64,000 bases of DNA from Dehalococcoidia bacterium (lineage in GTDB: Bacteria > Chloroflexota > Dehalococcoidia > UBA2979). The position numbers were made by a program, and so were the translations under genes. The stretch covers positions 384,001 through 448,000 of the forward strand of contig OZ219872.1 of the NCBI GenBank assembly GCA_964291495.2. The letters run 5' to 3'. Shown piece after piece: positions 9,126 through 19,068 of the stretch (position 1 is its first letter; each line of letters opens with the position of its first letter). Under the pieces are notes generated by a model. That model saw nothing but the letters and a program-made list of their open reading frames with translations, had not been told where the DNA came from and searched no databases.

Positions 9126-10229
9126 CTACCCGCCGGCCGCGGCCGGCACGGCGTGGCCGAGTTTCGCGAGGCTGCCGCGCAGCGCCTCCAGGCCGCCGCG
9201 CACGTCCTCGTCGGTCGTGTAGCCGAGATGGCCGAAGCGGATGATCTGGCCTCCGAGGCTGGCCTGCCCGCCTGCGAAGACGGTGTCGTAGTCCGTACGG
9301 GCGATCGCGCGGATTTCGTCGGCGGCGAGGCCTTCGGGCGGCAGCATGGCGGTCACGGTGTCGGAGCGGACGCCCTCGGCGGCGAAGAGCTCGAGGCCAA
9401 GCGCCTCGAGGCCGTCGCGGACGCGCTCGGCGGTCGCCAGGTGGCGCGCCCAGACGGCCTCCATGCCCTCGGCGCGCAGCATGCGCAGCGCCTGGCGCAG
9501 CTGGAACATCAGCGAGATCGCCGGCGTCCACGGCGTCTGTCCGGCCTCCTGCGAGCGCTGCGCCCGCCGCAGGTCGAGGTACATGCGAGGCGTGGTGCAG
9601 CGACCCTGCGCCTCCCAGGCGCGCTCGCTGACGCTCACAAAGGAGAGTCCCGGCGCCGTCATCCAGCCCTTCTGCGAGCCGGACACCACCACGTCGAGCC
9701 CCCACGCGTCCGTCTCCAGCGGGATCGAGGAGAGCGAGGAGATGGCGTCGACGATCAGCAGCCGGTCGCGGGCGCGGACGACCTGCGCGATCTCCTCGAG
9801 CGGGTTGGTGACGCCAGTGGAGGTCTCGTTGTGCGTGACGAGGACGGCGCGGATCTCGGGGTCCGCGGCGAGGGCGTCGTCGATGCGCGCCGGGTCGGCG
9901 GCGCTGCCGTAGACAAAGCCGAGGTGCACCGGGTCGCCGCCGTAGATGCGGACCAGCTCGAGGAAGCGCTCGCCGAAGACGCCGATGGTCACCACCAGCA
10001 CGCGGTCGCCGGGGCCGACGTGGTTGACGACCGCGGCCTCCATGCCGGAGGTGCCGGAGCCGGTCAGGGTCAGCACGTCGTGCTCGGTGCGGAAGGCGTA
10101 GCGCAGGCCCTCGTGGAGCTCGCCGATCAGCTCGGCGAACTCGGGACCGCGATGGTTTATCATCGGGGCCGCGCCCGCCTGGGCGACCTCCGCGGGAACG
10201 GGAATCGGACCCGGCGTACGCAGGTTCAC
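9126..10229 (-). CDS. Class V PLP aminotransferase (serine-pyruvate/alanine-glyoxylate type; probable phosphoserine aminotransferase given context)
   Basis: LRTPGP, HNETSTGV, VDAISS, SGSQKG (PLP lysine). Directly upstream of serA. Confidence 0.9.
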   Translation of the reverse strand: MNLRTPGPIPVPAEVAQAGAAPMINHRGPEFAELIGELHEGLRYAFRTEHDVLTLTGSGTSGMEAAVVNHVGPGDRVLVVTIGVFGERFLELVRIYGGDPVHLGFVYGSAADPARIDDALAADPEIRAVLVTHNETSTGVTNPLEEIAQVVRARDRLLIVDAISSLSSIPLETDAWGLDVVVSGSQKGWMTAPGLSFVSVSERAWEAQGRCTTPRMYLDLRRAQRSQEAGQTPWTPAISLMFQLRQALRMLRAEGMEAVWARHLATAERVRDGLEALGLELFAAEGVRSDTVTAMLPPEGLAADEIRAIARTDYDTVFAGGQASLGGQIIRFGHLGYTTDEDVRGGLEALRGSLAKLGHAVPAAAGG

Positions 10230-10320
10230 GGCGCCTCCGGAGACGGGGATTCAGGTCGGCCGGCTGGGCGCGATCATCGTCCACCCGCGCCCCGATAGCG
10301 TCAACGCGAGTGGCTACCCT

Positions 10321-10476
10321 TTCCCGTCATCCCTGCCTCCCCCTTCCCGTCATCCCTGCCTCCCCCTTCCCGTCATTCCGGCGAAAGCCGGAATCCAGGC
10401 ACGCCTACTCATCGGGGCGTTCGGGGCGGGCGGGAGTCCTCCCCCTCACCCCCGCCCTCTCCCCAGGGAGAGGGGG
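10321..10476. repeat. Composite REP-like element: 23-nt tandem duplication, family B palindrome (CGTCATTCCGGCGAAAGCCGGAATCCAG, 10371-10398) and family A (CCCTCACCCCCGCCCTCTCCCCAGGGAGAGGG, 10441-10476)
   Basis: The same motifs recur at 17229/17313, 43833, 46790 and 56778-57400. Confidence 0.85.
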
Positions 10477-10542
10477 ACGGAGAGGAGCGGAGCGCGCGCC
10501 TCGTCCTCGCCGGCCTGGTCGAACGGCAGGAACTGCCGAGCC

Positions 10543-12927
10543 CTACCGCACGGCGGCGAGGAGGGCGACGGTGACGCCGTCGCCGCCTTCCGGGCGCGTG
10601 CCGGTTTCGTAGGCGGTGACGAGGGGGTGGCGGTCGAGGAGGTCGCGGACGGCGCGGCGCAGCGCGCCGGTGCCCTTGCCGTGGATGATGCGCACCCGCT
10701 CGCGGCCGGCGCGCGCGGCGTCGTCGAGGAACGCCTCCACCGACGGCAATGCCTCGGCGACGATCTGGCCTCGGATCTCGATCTGCTCGGGGGCGCTCGG
10801 CGCGGGCGGGGTGCGCACCGCGACGATTACCTCGCCGTCGGGCTGCTCGATGCGCTCGACCTGGGCGAGGCGCACGCGCGTGCGCAGCGCGCCGAGCTGC
10901 ACCTGGAACTCGCCCGCCTCGTCCGGCTCGCTCAGCGCCTCGCCGGGCGAGCCGATGCCGCGCAGCCAGACGTGCGAACCGATCTCCGGCGCGGGCAGCG
11001 TGCGGGGGGCCCTCGCCGCCGCCGGGCGGGCGTCAGCGACAGGCTCCGGCGTCGGCTCGGGTACCAGCGCCGCGGCGGCCTCGCGGGCGCGTTCGAGGTC
11101 GGCCGCGGCCTGCTCGAGGCGCGCCGACTCCACCTCGCGGCGCGCGCGTTGCAGCATCCGCTCCGCGTCGCGGACCTCCTCGCGGACGCGCTCGCGCGAC
11201 TCGGCGCGCAACCGCTCGCCCTCGTCCGCCAGCGCCGCGAGCTGTCGCTCGAGGTCCGCGCGCAGCTCCTCGGCGGCGTCGCGGTCGGCGGCGGCGCGGG
11301 CCGCGCGGTCCTCGGCGGCGCTGAGCTGCGCGCGCAGCTCGCCGAGCACCGCCTCGAGGTCGCGCTGCTCGTGCGAGAGCCCCTCGCGCGCGGCCTCGAC
11401 GATCGCGCCGGGCATGCCGAGCCGCTCGGCGATGGCGAGCGCGTTGGACTGGCCCGGCACGCCGATGCGCAGCCGGTAGGTCGGCGCGAGCGTCTCCACA
11501 TCGAACTCCACCGAGGCGTTGCGCACCGCCGGGTCGCGGTGCGCGAACAGCTTCAGCTCGCTGTGGTGCGTGGTCGCGATCAGCGTCGCGCCCGCCTCGA
11601 TCAACCGCCCGACGATCGCGATCGCCAGCACCGCGCCCTCGGTCGGGTCGGTGCCCGCCCCCAGCTCGTCGAGCAGCACGAGCGAGCGCTCCCCGGCGCG
11701 TTCGAGGATGTCGATGATCGCGGTCACATGGCCGGAGAAGGTCGAGAGCGACTGCTCGATCGACTGCTCGTCGCCGATGTCGGCGAAGACGGCGTCGTAG
11801 ACAGGGATGCGGGTGCCCTCGTCGGCGGGGACGGGCAGTCCGGCGAGCGCCATCAGCGAGAGCAGCCCGGCGGTCTTGAGCGCCACCGTCTTGCCGCCGG
11901 TGTTCGGCCCGGTGATCAGCAGCGCCCGCGTCTCGCCGCCCGCCTCGATGGTGACCGGCACGACTTCGCCCTCGAGCAGCGGGTGGCGCGCCTCGACGAG
12001 GCGCAGCGCGGCGGGCGCCTCGACGAGCCACGGGACATCGCTCCCCGCCTCGGTCAGCTCCGAGGCGGCCAGCTCCTCGGCGAGCTGCGCCTTGGCCAGC
12101 GCGAGGTCGATCCTCGCGAGGCGCTCGACCGCGTCGACCAGCTCGTGCTCCGCCTCGCCGGCGGCCTCGGAGAGCGTGCGCATGATGCGCTCGATCTCGT
12201 GGCGCTCCTGCGCCTGCAGCTCGCGCCAGCGGTTGCCGAGGTCCACGACCGCGAGCGGCTCGATGTAAATGGTGGCTCCCGAGGCGGAGGTGTCGTGCAC
12301 GATGCCGGGCACGGCGCTGCGCGACTCGGCGCGCACCGGCAGCACGTAGCGCCCGTCGCGCAGCGTGACAATCGGGTCCTGGAGGGCGGGGCGCAGCGCC
12401 GAGGAGCGCAGCAGCGCCTCCATGCGCTGCTGCAGGCGGCCGTGCACGGCGTCGCGCTCGCGGCGGATCGTCTCCAGCTCGCGGCTCGCCGAGTCGCGCA
12501 CCTCGCCGCGCTCGTCGACGGCGGCGGCGATCAGCCCGCGCAGCGCCTCGAGGTCGGCGAGCCCGGCGGCGCGCGTCGAGAGCAGCGGGGTCTCCTGGCG
12601 CACGCGCGCGAAGGTGCGACGGATCCGCGTCGCCGCCCTCGCGAGGTCGGCGATCTCCAGCAGCTCCGAGGGCGCGAGCACCTGCCCGCGCCCCGACGTG
12701 CGCGCCGAGGCCCGCACGTCGCGCACGCCGCCCAGGCCCACCTCGACGCGCAGCGTGCGCAGGCGCACGGCCTCGGCGGTCTCGCGCTGGCGGCGGACGG
12801 CGCGCTCGCGGTCGGCGACGGGCCGCAGCGCGAGCGCCAGCTCGCGCCCGGCCGAGAACGAGGTCGCGCGTGCGAGCCGTTCCCGGATCGCCGGGAACTC
12901 GAGGATGGCGAGCGCCTTATCGTCCAG
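10543..12927 (-). CDS. mutS2: MutS2 (ribosome-collision/anti-recombination ATPase with Smr domain), probable CTG start
   Basis: ITGPNTGGKT, DIGDEQSIEQSLSTFS, LLDELGAGTDP, IIHGKGTG (Smr). The conserved N-terminus (x)DDKALAILEFPAIRERLA..TSFSAGRELA lies upstream of the track start, beginning at CTG 12927 after GGAGG. Confidence 0.93.
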   Translation of the reverse strand: MDDKALAILEFPAIRERLARATSFSAGRELALALRPVADRERAVRRQRETAEAVRLRTLRVEVGLGGVRDVRASARTSGRGQVLAPSELLEIADLARAATRIRRTFARVRQETPLLSTRAAGLADLEALRGLIAAAVDERGEVRDSASRELETIRRERDAVHGRLQQRMEALLRSSALRPALQDPIVTLRDGRYVLPVRAESRSAVPGIVHDTSASGATIYIEPLAVVDLGNRWRELQAQERHEIERIMRTLSEAAGEAEHELVDAVERLARIDLALAKAQLAEELAASELTEAGSDVPWLVEAPAALRLVEARHPLLEGEVVPVTIEAGGETRALLITGPNTGGKTVALKTAGLLSLMALAGLPVPADEGTRIPVYDAVFADIGDEQSIEQSLSTFSGHVTAIIDILERAGERSLVLLDELGAGTDPTEGAVLAIAIVGRLIEAGATLIATTHHSELKLFAHRDPAVRNASVEFDVETLAPTYRLRIGVPGQSNALAIAERLGMPGAIVEAAREGLSHEQRDLEAVLGELRAQLSAAEDRAARAAADRDAAEELRADLERQLAALADEGERLRAESRERVREEVRDAERMLQRARREVESARLEQAAADLERAREAAAALVPEPTPEPVADARPAAARAPRTLPAPEIGSHVWLRGIGSPGEALSEPDEAGEFQVQLGALRTRVRLAQVERIEQPDGEVIVAVRTPPAPSAPEQIEIRGQIVAEALPSVEAFLDDAARAGRERVRIIHGKGTGALRRAVRDLLDRHPLVTAYETGTRPEGGDGVTVALLAAVR

Positions 12928-14308
12928 CAGAAGCCTCCGAACCGCCCTCGCAGAGTGCGGCCAGCGAGTTGGCGACGTGGCGGTCGTCGCCGGGCTCGAC
13001 CGTGCGCGGGTCGAGCAGCACCGCGCCGCGCTCGATGCGCGCGACGATCGGCGGGTCGGCCTCGCGCAGGGCGGCGGCGAAGGCGTCCGCCCCGCCGGGC
13101 GGCGCGGCGATCGCGCAGACGGGCGACTCGAGGCCCTCGCCCGGCAGCGAGCCGCCGCCGATCATCGAGCGCGCCGTGTCGACCGAGGCGCCCGCGTCTT
13201 CGCCGCAGGCGCGCGCCCAGCGCCGCGCGCGCCGCCGCAGCCCGTCCGCCGGTGCGGCGATCATGCGCCAGATCGGGATCTCCTCGATAGCCTCGCCGCG
13301 CGCGTAGTGGCCGAGGGTGGCGGCCAGCCCGGCGATCGAGGCCTTGTCCATGCGCACGGCGCGGGCGAGCGGGTGGCGCTGCATCGCGCCGATCGCACCC
13401 TCGCGGCCGACGGCGACGCCCGCCTGGGGGCCGCCGATCAGCTTGTCGCCGGAGAACAGCGTCACGTCCGCGCCGGCGGCGACCGAGTCGCGCACGAGCG
13501 GCTCGGCGCCCAGCCCGTGCTCGCGAGGATCGAGCAGCGCGCCGCTGCCGAGGTCGTCGATCAGCAGCAGCCCGCGCTCGCGGGTGAGCGAGGCCAGCGC
13601 CGGGAGCGGCGTCTCCTCGGTGAAGCCGACGACGCGGAAGTTCGAGGCATGCACGCGCAGCAGCGCAACGGTGCGCTCGCTGATTGCCTCGGCGTAGTCG
13701 CGCAGGTAGGTGCGGTTCGTCGTGCCGACCTCGACGAGGGTCGCGCCGGACTGGCGCATCACATCGGGGATGCGGAAGCCGCCGCCGATCTCGACGAGCT
13801 GGCCGCGCGCGATCACCACCTCGCCGCCGGCGCAGAGCGCGGAGAGCGCGAGCAGCAACGCCGAGGCGTTGTTGTTGACCGCGATGCCGGCCTCCGCGCC
13901 CGTCACGCGCGCGAGCAGGTCGGCGAGGTGGCTGAAGCGCGAGCCGCGCTCTCCGGCCTCGAGGTCGAACTCGAGGTTCGAGTAGCCCTCTGAGGCGGCG
14001 GCCATCGCGGCGATCGTGGCATTCGAGAGCGGGGCGCGGCCCAGGTTGGTGTGGATGATCACGCCGCTCGCGTTGACCACGCGGCGCAGGCTCGGCTCCA
14101 GGCTCGCAGCGCGGTCGGCGACGGCCTCGGCGGCCGACTGCTCGGGCAGCGCGCCCGAGCGCTCGATCTCCGCGCGGTAGTCGTCGAGGACCTCGCGGGC
14201 GACGCGCACGATCGCCTCGTGGCCGTGGCGCTCGGCGAGCGGGGCGACGCGCGGGTGCGTCAGCAGCCGCTCGATCGCCGGCAGCTCGCGGTACGGGTTC
14301 GTCGTCAT
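12917..14308 (-). CDS. selA: L-seryl-tRNA(Sec) selenium transferase
   Basis: VNASGVIIHTNLGRAP, VEIGGGFRIPDVM, EVGTTNRT, FSGDKLIGGPQAG. Confidence 0.95.
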   Translation of the reverse strand: MTTNPYRELPAIERLLTHPRVAPLAERHGHEAIVRVAREVLDDYRAEIERSGALPEQSAAEAVADRAASLEPSLRRVVNASGVIIHTNLGRAPLSNATIAAMAAASEGYSNLEFDLEAGERGSRFSHLADLLARVTGAEAGIAVNNNASALLLALSALCAGGEVVIARGQLVEIGGGFRIPDVMRQSGATLVEVGTTNRTYLRDYAEAISERTVALLRVHASNFRVVGFTEETPLPALASLTRERGLLLIDDLGSGALLDPREHGLGAEPLVRDSVAAGADVTLFSGDKLIGGPQAGVAVGREGAIGAMQRHPLARAVRMDKASIAGLAATLGHYARGEAIEEIPIWRMIAAPADGLRRRARRWARACGEDAGASVDTARSMIGGGSLPGEGLESPVCAIAAPPGGADAFAAALREADPPIVARIERGAVLLDPRTVEPGDDRHVANSLAALCEGGSEASAGR

Positions 14309-14462
14309 CGTCGCGTCCTCACGCACCACGCGCCCTCCGGACGCGTCAATGAGCACTGTCGATTGTACGTTCGCGCGGCGACCCTGCCGAGGGTGGCGCT
14401 GCCGAGGGCGGGCCGCCTGCGCTATGTTCGCGGGCGACCCGCGTTCGCGAGGGAGGCAGGCC

Positions 14463-15659
14463 GTGGACTTCACGCTCTCGCCGGAGGTGGACGCGCTGCG
14501 CCGGCGCATTCGCGACTTCACCGAGACGCGCATCATCCCCCTCGAGGCCGACCCGGACTCCTGGGACGAGCACGAGAACATCCGACTCGACCTGCTCGAG
14601 GACGTGCGCGCCGAGGTCAAGGCGCAGGGGCTGTGGGCGCCTCAGATGCCGCGCGAGCGCGGCGGGCTCGGCCTCGAAGTGGCGGGCATGGCGGCCTGCT
14701 ACGAGGAGATGGGCCGCTCGCTCTTCGGCCCCGTCAGCTTCAACTGCGCCGCCCCGGACGACGGCAACATGATCCTGCTCGAACGCGTCGGCACCGAGGC
14801 GCAGAAGGAGCGCTGGCTCGACCCGATCATCGAGGGCCGCGTGCGCTCAGCCTTCGCCATGACCGAGCCTGCGCCGGGCTCCGGTTCGGACCCCTCGATG
14901 ATGCTCACCACGGCCGAGCGCGACGGTGACCACTGGCGCATCAACGGCCGCAAGTGGTTCATCACCGGCGGGGCGGAGGCGCAGCACTTCATCCTCGTCG
15001 CGCGCACCAGCGACGACGAGCGCCGAGGGCTGACCGCCTTCCTCTTCGACGCCGACCAGCCCGGCTGGGAGATCGAGCGGCGCATCCCGATCATGGGGCC
15101 CGAGGAGCACGGCGGGCACTGCGAGCTGCGCTTCGACGACCTCGTGATCCCCGACGACCAGCGACTGATGGAGGTCGGCGAGGGTCTGAAGGCGACGCAG
15201 ATTCGCCTCGGCACGGCGCGCCTGACGCACTGCATGCGCTGGCTCGGCATGGCGCAGCGCGCGATGTCGATCGCCGCCGACTACGTGCGCGAGCGCGAGA
15301 GCTTCGGCCAGAAGCTCCACGAGCACGAGGGCGTGCAGTGGATGCTCGGCGAGGTCGCGATGGCGATCGAGGTGGGCCGCCTGCTCACGATGCGCGCCGC
15401 CTGGCGGCTCGACCAGGGCGACTTCGCGCGTCAGGACGTCTCGATGGCGAAGATTCACGTCTCCGAGACGCTGCACAAGGCCGTCGACACGGCGATCCAG
15501 CTCTGCGGCGCGCGCGGCTACTCGAAGGACACGCCGCTGGAGTGGATGTACCGCTACGCCCGCCAGGCCCGGCTCGTCGACGGCGCCTCGGAGGTGCACA
15601 AGATGGTGCTTGCCCGGCTCTACATGCAGGAGGAGCACGACTTCTGGAGCTGGCAGTGA
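14463..15659 (+). CDS. Acyl-CoA dehydrogenase, ACAD10/11 or LvaC-like
   Basis: FNCAAPDDGNM, FAMTEP, INGRKWFIT, ARLVDGASEVH. GTG start after GGAGG. Confidence 0.92.
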   Translation: MDFTLSPEVDALRRRIRDFTETRIIPLEADPDSWDEHENIRLDLLEDVRAEVKAQGLWAPQMPRERGGLGLEVAGMAACYEEMGRSLFGPVSFNCAAPDDGNMILLERVGTEAQKERWLDPIIEGRVRSAFAMTEPAPGSGSDPSMMLTTAERDGDHWRINGRKWFITGGAEAQHFILVARTSDDERRGLTAFLFDADQPGWEIERRIPIMGPEEHGGHCELRFDDLVIPDDQRLMEVGEGLKATQIRLGTARLTHCMRWLGMAQRAMSIAADYVRERESFGQKLHEHEGVQWMLGEVAMAIEVGRLLTMRAAWRLDQGDFARQDVSMAKIHVSETLHKAVDTAIQLCGARGYSKDTPLEWMYRYARQARLVDGASEVHKMVLARLYMQEEHDFWSWQ

Positions 15660-17152
15660 GCTCCACGCCGCCGCTCGACCTTGCCGACGAGGGGACGCGC
15701 GACGCCCTCGCCGCCTGGCTCGCCGCAGCGGCGGGCGCCGACGGCGCGCGCATCGAGGACTCGGCGCCCCTCACCGGCGGCGCGATCCACCAGCACTGGC
15801 GAATCGACGTGGCCTTCGAGGGCGGCCCGCTCGCCGGCGACCCGGTCGCCCTCGTGCTGCGCGCGGAGGGCGACGCGACGCTGGAGGAGAGCCTGAGCGT
15901 CGCCGAGGAGTTCGCGATCGCGCGCGCGGCCTTCGAGGGAGGCGTCGCCGTGCCGGAGCCGCTCTGGCAGTGCGACGACTCCGTCATCGGGCGAGCATTC
16001 TCGATCTGGCGCTTCGTCGAGGGCGTCGCCGCCGGGCACCTGCTGGTGCGCGACGAGACGCTGGGCGGCCCGCGCCCGGCGCTGCTCGCGCGGCTCGGCG
16101 AGGAGCTCGCGCGCATCCAGACGCTCACGCCCGGCCACCCGGGGATCGAGTGGCTGCCCGTGCCGGAGCCAAGCCCGGCGCTCGCCGCCGTCGCGACGTA
16201 CCGCGCCGCCCTCGACGCGCACCCGAGGCCGCGCCCCGCGCTGGAGTGGGGGCTGCGCTGGCTGGAGCGCGAGGCGCCGGACACGGAGCGCCTCGTGCTG
16301 GTCCACAGCGACTACCGGACCGGCAACTTCATCGTCGGCGAGGACGGGCTGCGCGGCGTGCTCGACTGGGAGTTCGCGCGCTGGGGCGACCCGCTCGAGG
16401 ACCCCGCCTGGCTGAGCGCCCGCGCCTGGCGCTTCAACCGCTACGACCGCCGCGCCGGCGGCCTCGGCGACCTCGCCGACTTCGAGCGCGGCTACGGGCG
16501 GGAGCTGCCGCCGAGGGCGTTGCACTACTGGGAGGTGATGGCGCACGTCCGCTGGGCCGTGATCGCGATCCACCAGGGCGAGCGCCACAGCAGCGGCCGC
16601 CAGCCCTCGCTCGAGCTCGCCCTCACCGGCCGCATCGTCGACGAGGTCGAGCTCGAGGTGCTGACGCTGATCGAGGAGGGCGAGCGCGGCGACTACGGCA
16701 GCGGCGCGGACACGACGGCAGCACCGTCCCCTGCCTCGGAGGACGCTCCCCCGGCAGCCGACCCGCTCGACGGGGCCGCCCTGCTGGAGGCGGCGCGCGG
16801 CGCGCTGATGGACGACCTCGCGCCGCACGTCCCGGGCGCGCAGCGCTACGCCCTGCTGATGGCCGACAACGCGATGGGCATCGCCGCCCGCGAGCTGGAG
16901 GCAGGAGAGGCGCCCGCCCGCCGCGCCCTCGCGGGCCTCGCCGCCATCGAGGGCGCCCCGGCGGCCGGGGCCGACGAGGACGTGCGCACCGCCCTGCGCG
17001 ACGCCGAGGCGCGGCTAACCACGCAGATCCGCGCGGGCCGCTACGACGCCGGACCGGAGCGAGCCGCCCTCGCCGCCTGGCTGCGCGAGCGCAGTCTCGA
17101 CGCCACGCGGGTCAGCAACCCGCGCTTCCTCGCACGCCGCGGATTCGCGTAG
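15656..17152 (+). CDS. APH-family phosphotransferase (LvaA-like) fused to a C-terminal LvaB/DUF6285-like domain
   Basis: HSDYRTGN and LDWEFARWGDP kinase motifs, then a low-complexity linker, then LLEAARGALMDDL..RYALLMADNAMGIAAREL..VSNPRF. GTGA overlap with the ACAD gene. Confidence 0.85.
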   Translation: MSSTPPLDLADEGTRDALAAWLAAAAGADGARIEDSAPLTGGAIHQHWRIDVAFEGGPLAGDPVALVLRAEGDATLEESLSVAEEFAIARAAFEGGVAVPEPLWQCDDSVIGRAFSIWRFVEGVAAGHLLVRDETLGGPRPALLARLGEELARIQTLTPGHPGIEWLPVPEPSPALAAVATYRAALDAHPRPRPALEWGLRWLEREAPDTERLVLVHSDYRTGNFIVGEDGLRGVLDWEFARWGDPLEDPAWLSARAWRFNRYDRRAGGLGDLADFERGYGRELPPRALHYWEVMAHVRWAVIAIHQGERHSSGRQPSLELALTGRIVDEVELEVLTLIEEGERGDYGSGADTTAAPSPASEDAPPAADPLDGAALLEAARGALMDDLAPHVPGAQRYALLMADNAMGIAARELEAGEAPARRALAGLAAIEGAPAAGADEDVRTALRDAEARLTTQIRAGRYDAGPERAALAAWLRERSLDATRVSNPRFLARRGFA

Positions 17153-17160
17153 GACGGCTG

Positions 17161-17360
17161 CCTCCCGGCTCCCTCTCGTGGGCCAGGCGAGAGGGGACCG
17201 GAGGGAGTCGCTCCTGCATCGCCCTTCCCGTCATTCCGGCGAAAGCCGGAATCCAGTTGCGCAGGGCCGGGCGGGGTTCGGAACCATCGAGGGGGAGCGA
17301 TTCGTCGGCGAGCCCCCTCACCCCCGCCCTCTCCCCAGGGAGAGGGAGCCGGAGGGGAGA
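17161..17360. repeat. Composite REP-like cluster between convergent genes (family B 17229-17256, family A 17313-17346, flanking inverted repeats)
   Basis: Core motifs identical to 10371/10441. 17161-17177 is complementary to both 17189-17205 and 17340-17356. Confidence 0.85.
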
Positions 17361-17378
17361 GGGGCGGAGGGTCGTCCG

Positions 17379-19003
17379 CTAGTCCGCGCCCTCGATCAGT
17401 CGCCGCCCGTAGCGCTCGCGGAGCGCGACCTTGTCGAACTTGCCCGTCGAGGTCTTCGGCACCGCGTCGACGGGATGAACTGGGCGGGCAGCCACCAGCG
17501 CAGGAACTGGGGCGCGATGAACTCGCGCAGCTCCTCGGCGTCGACGCGCGCGCCCGGGGCGGGCACGACGGCGGCCAGCGGGCGCTCGCCCCAGCGCTCG
17601 TCCTCGGCGGCGAAGACGGCGGCCTCGACGACCTCGGGGTGCGCCATCAGCGCGTTCTCCAGCGCGACGCTGCTGATCCACTCGCCGCCGGACTTCACGA
17701 CGTCGCGCGCACGGTCGGCGATGAGGATCGAGCCGTGCTCGTCGATCGTCACGATGTCGCCGGTACGGAACCAGCCGTCGCCGACGAAGTCGTCGGCGCG
17801 ATCGACCCCGTAGTAGGCGCGCGCGATCGTCGGGCCGCGCACCTGCAGCTCGCCGAGCGCCTGCCCGTCCCAGGGCTGGACCGTGCCGTCCTCGGCGACG
17901 TGCCGGAACGCGATCAGCGGCTGGGCGTGACCCTGGCGGGCGCGGGCGGCGAGCGTGTCCGCCTCGTCGAGCGCGTCGTGGGCGCGCTTCAGGTTGGCGA
18001 TGCTGCCGAGGGGGTTCATCTCCGTCATGCCCCAGGCGTGCGTGACGTGCAGCCCGTGGCGGTCGAAGCCCTCGATCAGCGAGGGCGGCGCGGCCGATCC
18101 GCCGATCACCAGCGAGCGCATCGCGGACAGGTCCCACTCGCCCGGCCGCTCGTCGAGCGTGCGCAGCACGTCGAGGAAGACGGTCGGCACGCCGCCGGTG
18201 AGCGTCACGCCCTCGTCGGCGAAGAGGCGCAGCAGGGACTCGGCGCTGAGGTCGCGCCCGGGGAAGACCTGCTTCGCGCCGGCGTAGGTCGCGGCGTAGG
18301 GGAAGCCCCAGGCGTTCGCGTGGTACATCGGCACCACCGGCAGCATGCAGTCGCGCTCGTGCATGCCGATGCTGTCGGTCATGCAGCTCATCAACGCCAG
18401 CAGCGTCGTCGAGCGGTGGCTGTAGAGCACGCCCTTGGGGCGGCCCGTCGTGCCCGAGGTGTGACACATCCCGCAGGCCTGCCGCTCGTCGAGCGGGGGC
18501 GGCTCAAACTCCTCCGGCTCGTCCGCAATCAGCTCCTCGTAGCCGCGGTAGCCCTCGGGCGTCGGGCCGTCGTCGGGGATCACGATCACGTGCTCGACGG
18601 AGATGCGGTCGCGGATCTCCTCGAAGGCGTCGAGCAGCGAGCTGTGGACGAAGAGCGCGCGGTCGGCGGCATCGTTGACGATGTAGGTCAGCTCGTCGCG
18701 GTGCAGGCGCGCGTTCAGCGTGTGCACAACAGCGCCGCTCAGCGGCACGGCGAAGTAGAGCTCCAGGTGGCGATGCTCGTTCCAGCAGAGCGTCGCGACC
18801 CGGTCGCCAGGCTCGATGCCGAGCCTCGCGAGGGCGTTCGCGAGCTTGCGCGTGCGGCGCGCGAAGTCGGCGTAGCTGTAGCGGTGGATGCTGCCGTCGG
18901 GGAAGCGGCTCACCAGCTCGTTGCCGGGGAACTGCGTGGCGGCGCGCTCGAAGAGCAGGGCGAGCGTGAGGGGATGGTCGTCGCTCATCAGGCTCTGCAG
19001 CAT
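17379..19003 (-). CDS. Acyl-CoA synthetase (FadD/DmdB-like), with a 1-nt deletion near 17473
   Basis: HTSGTTGRPKG, HAWGMTE, GWFRTGD, VKSGGEWISS. The terminal VPKTSTGKFDK motif is in another frame, ending at 17379. Confidence 0.88.
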
Positions 19004-19068
19004 CGACGCGCCCTCCCGGCCCTCGCGCGCGTGAGCCTAGCACCTCGCCGGGCCCGCCTCGCGATCGC

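Noticed and set aside
12917-14308. In-frame UGA selenocysteine readthrough in window genes, prompted by selA
   Set aside because: The TGA stops I examined fall at natural family C-termini or in start/stop overlaps. I saw no truncated redox motif.
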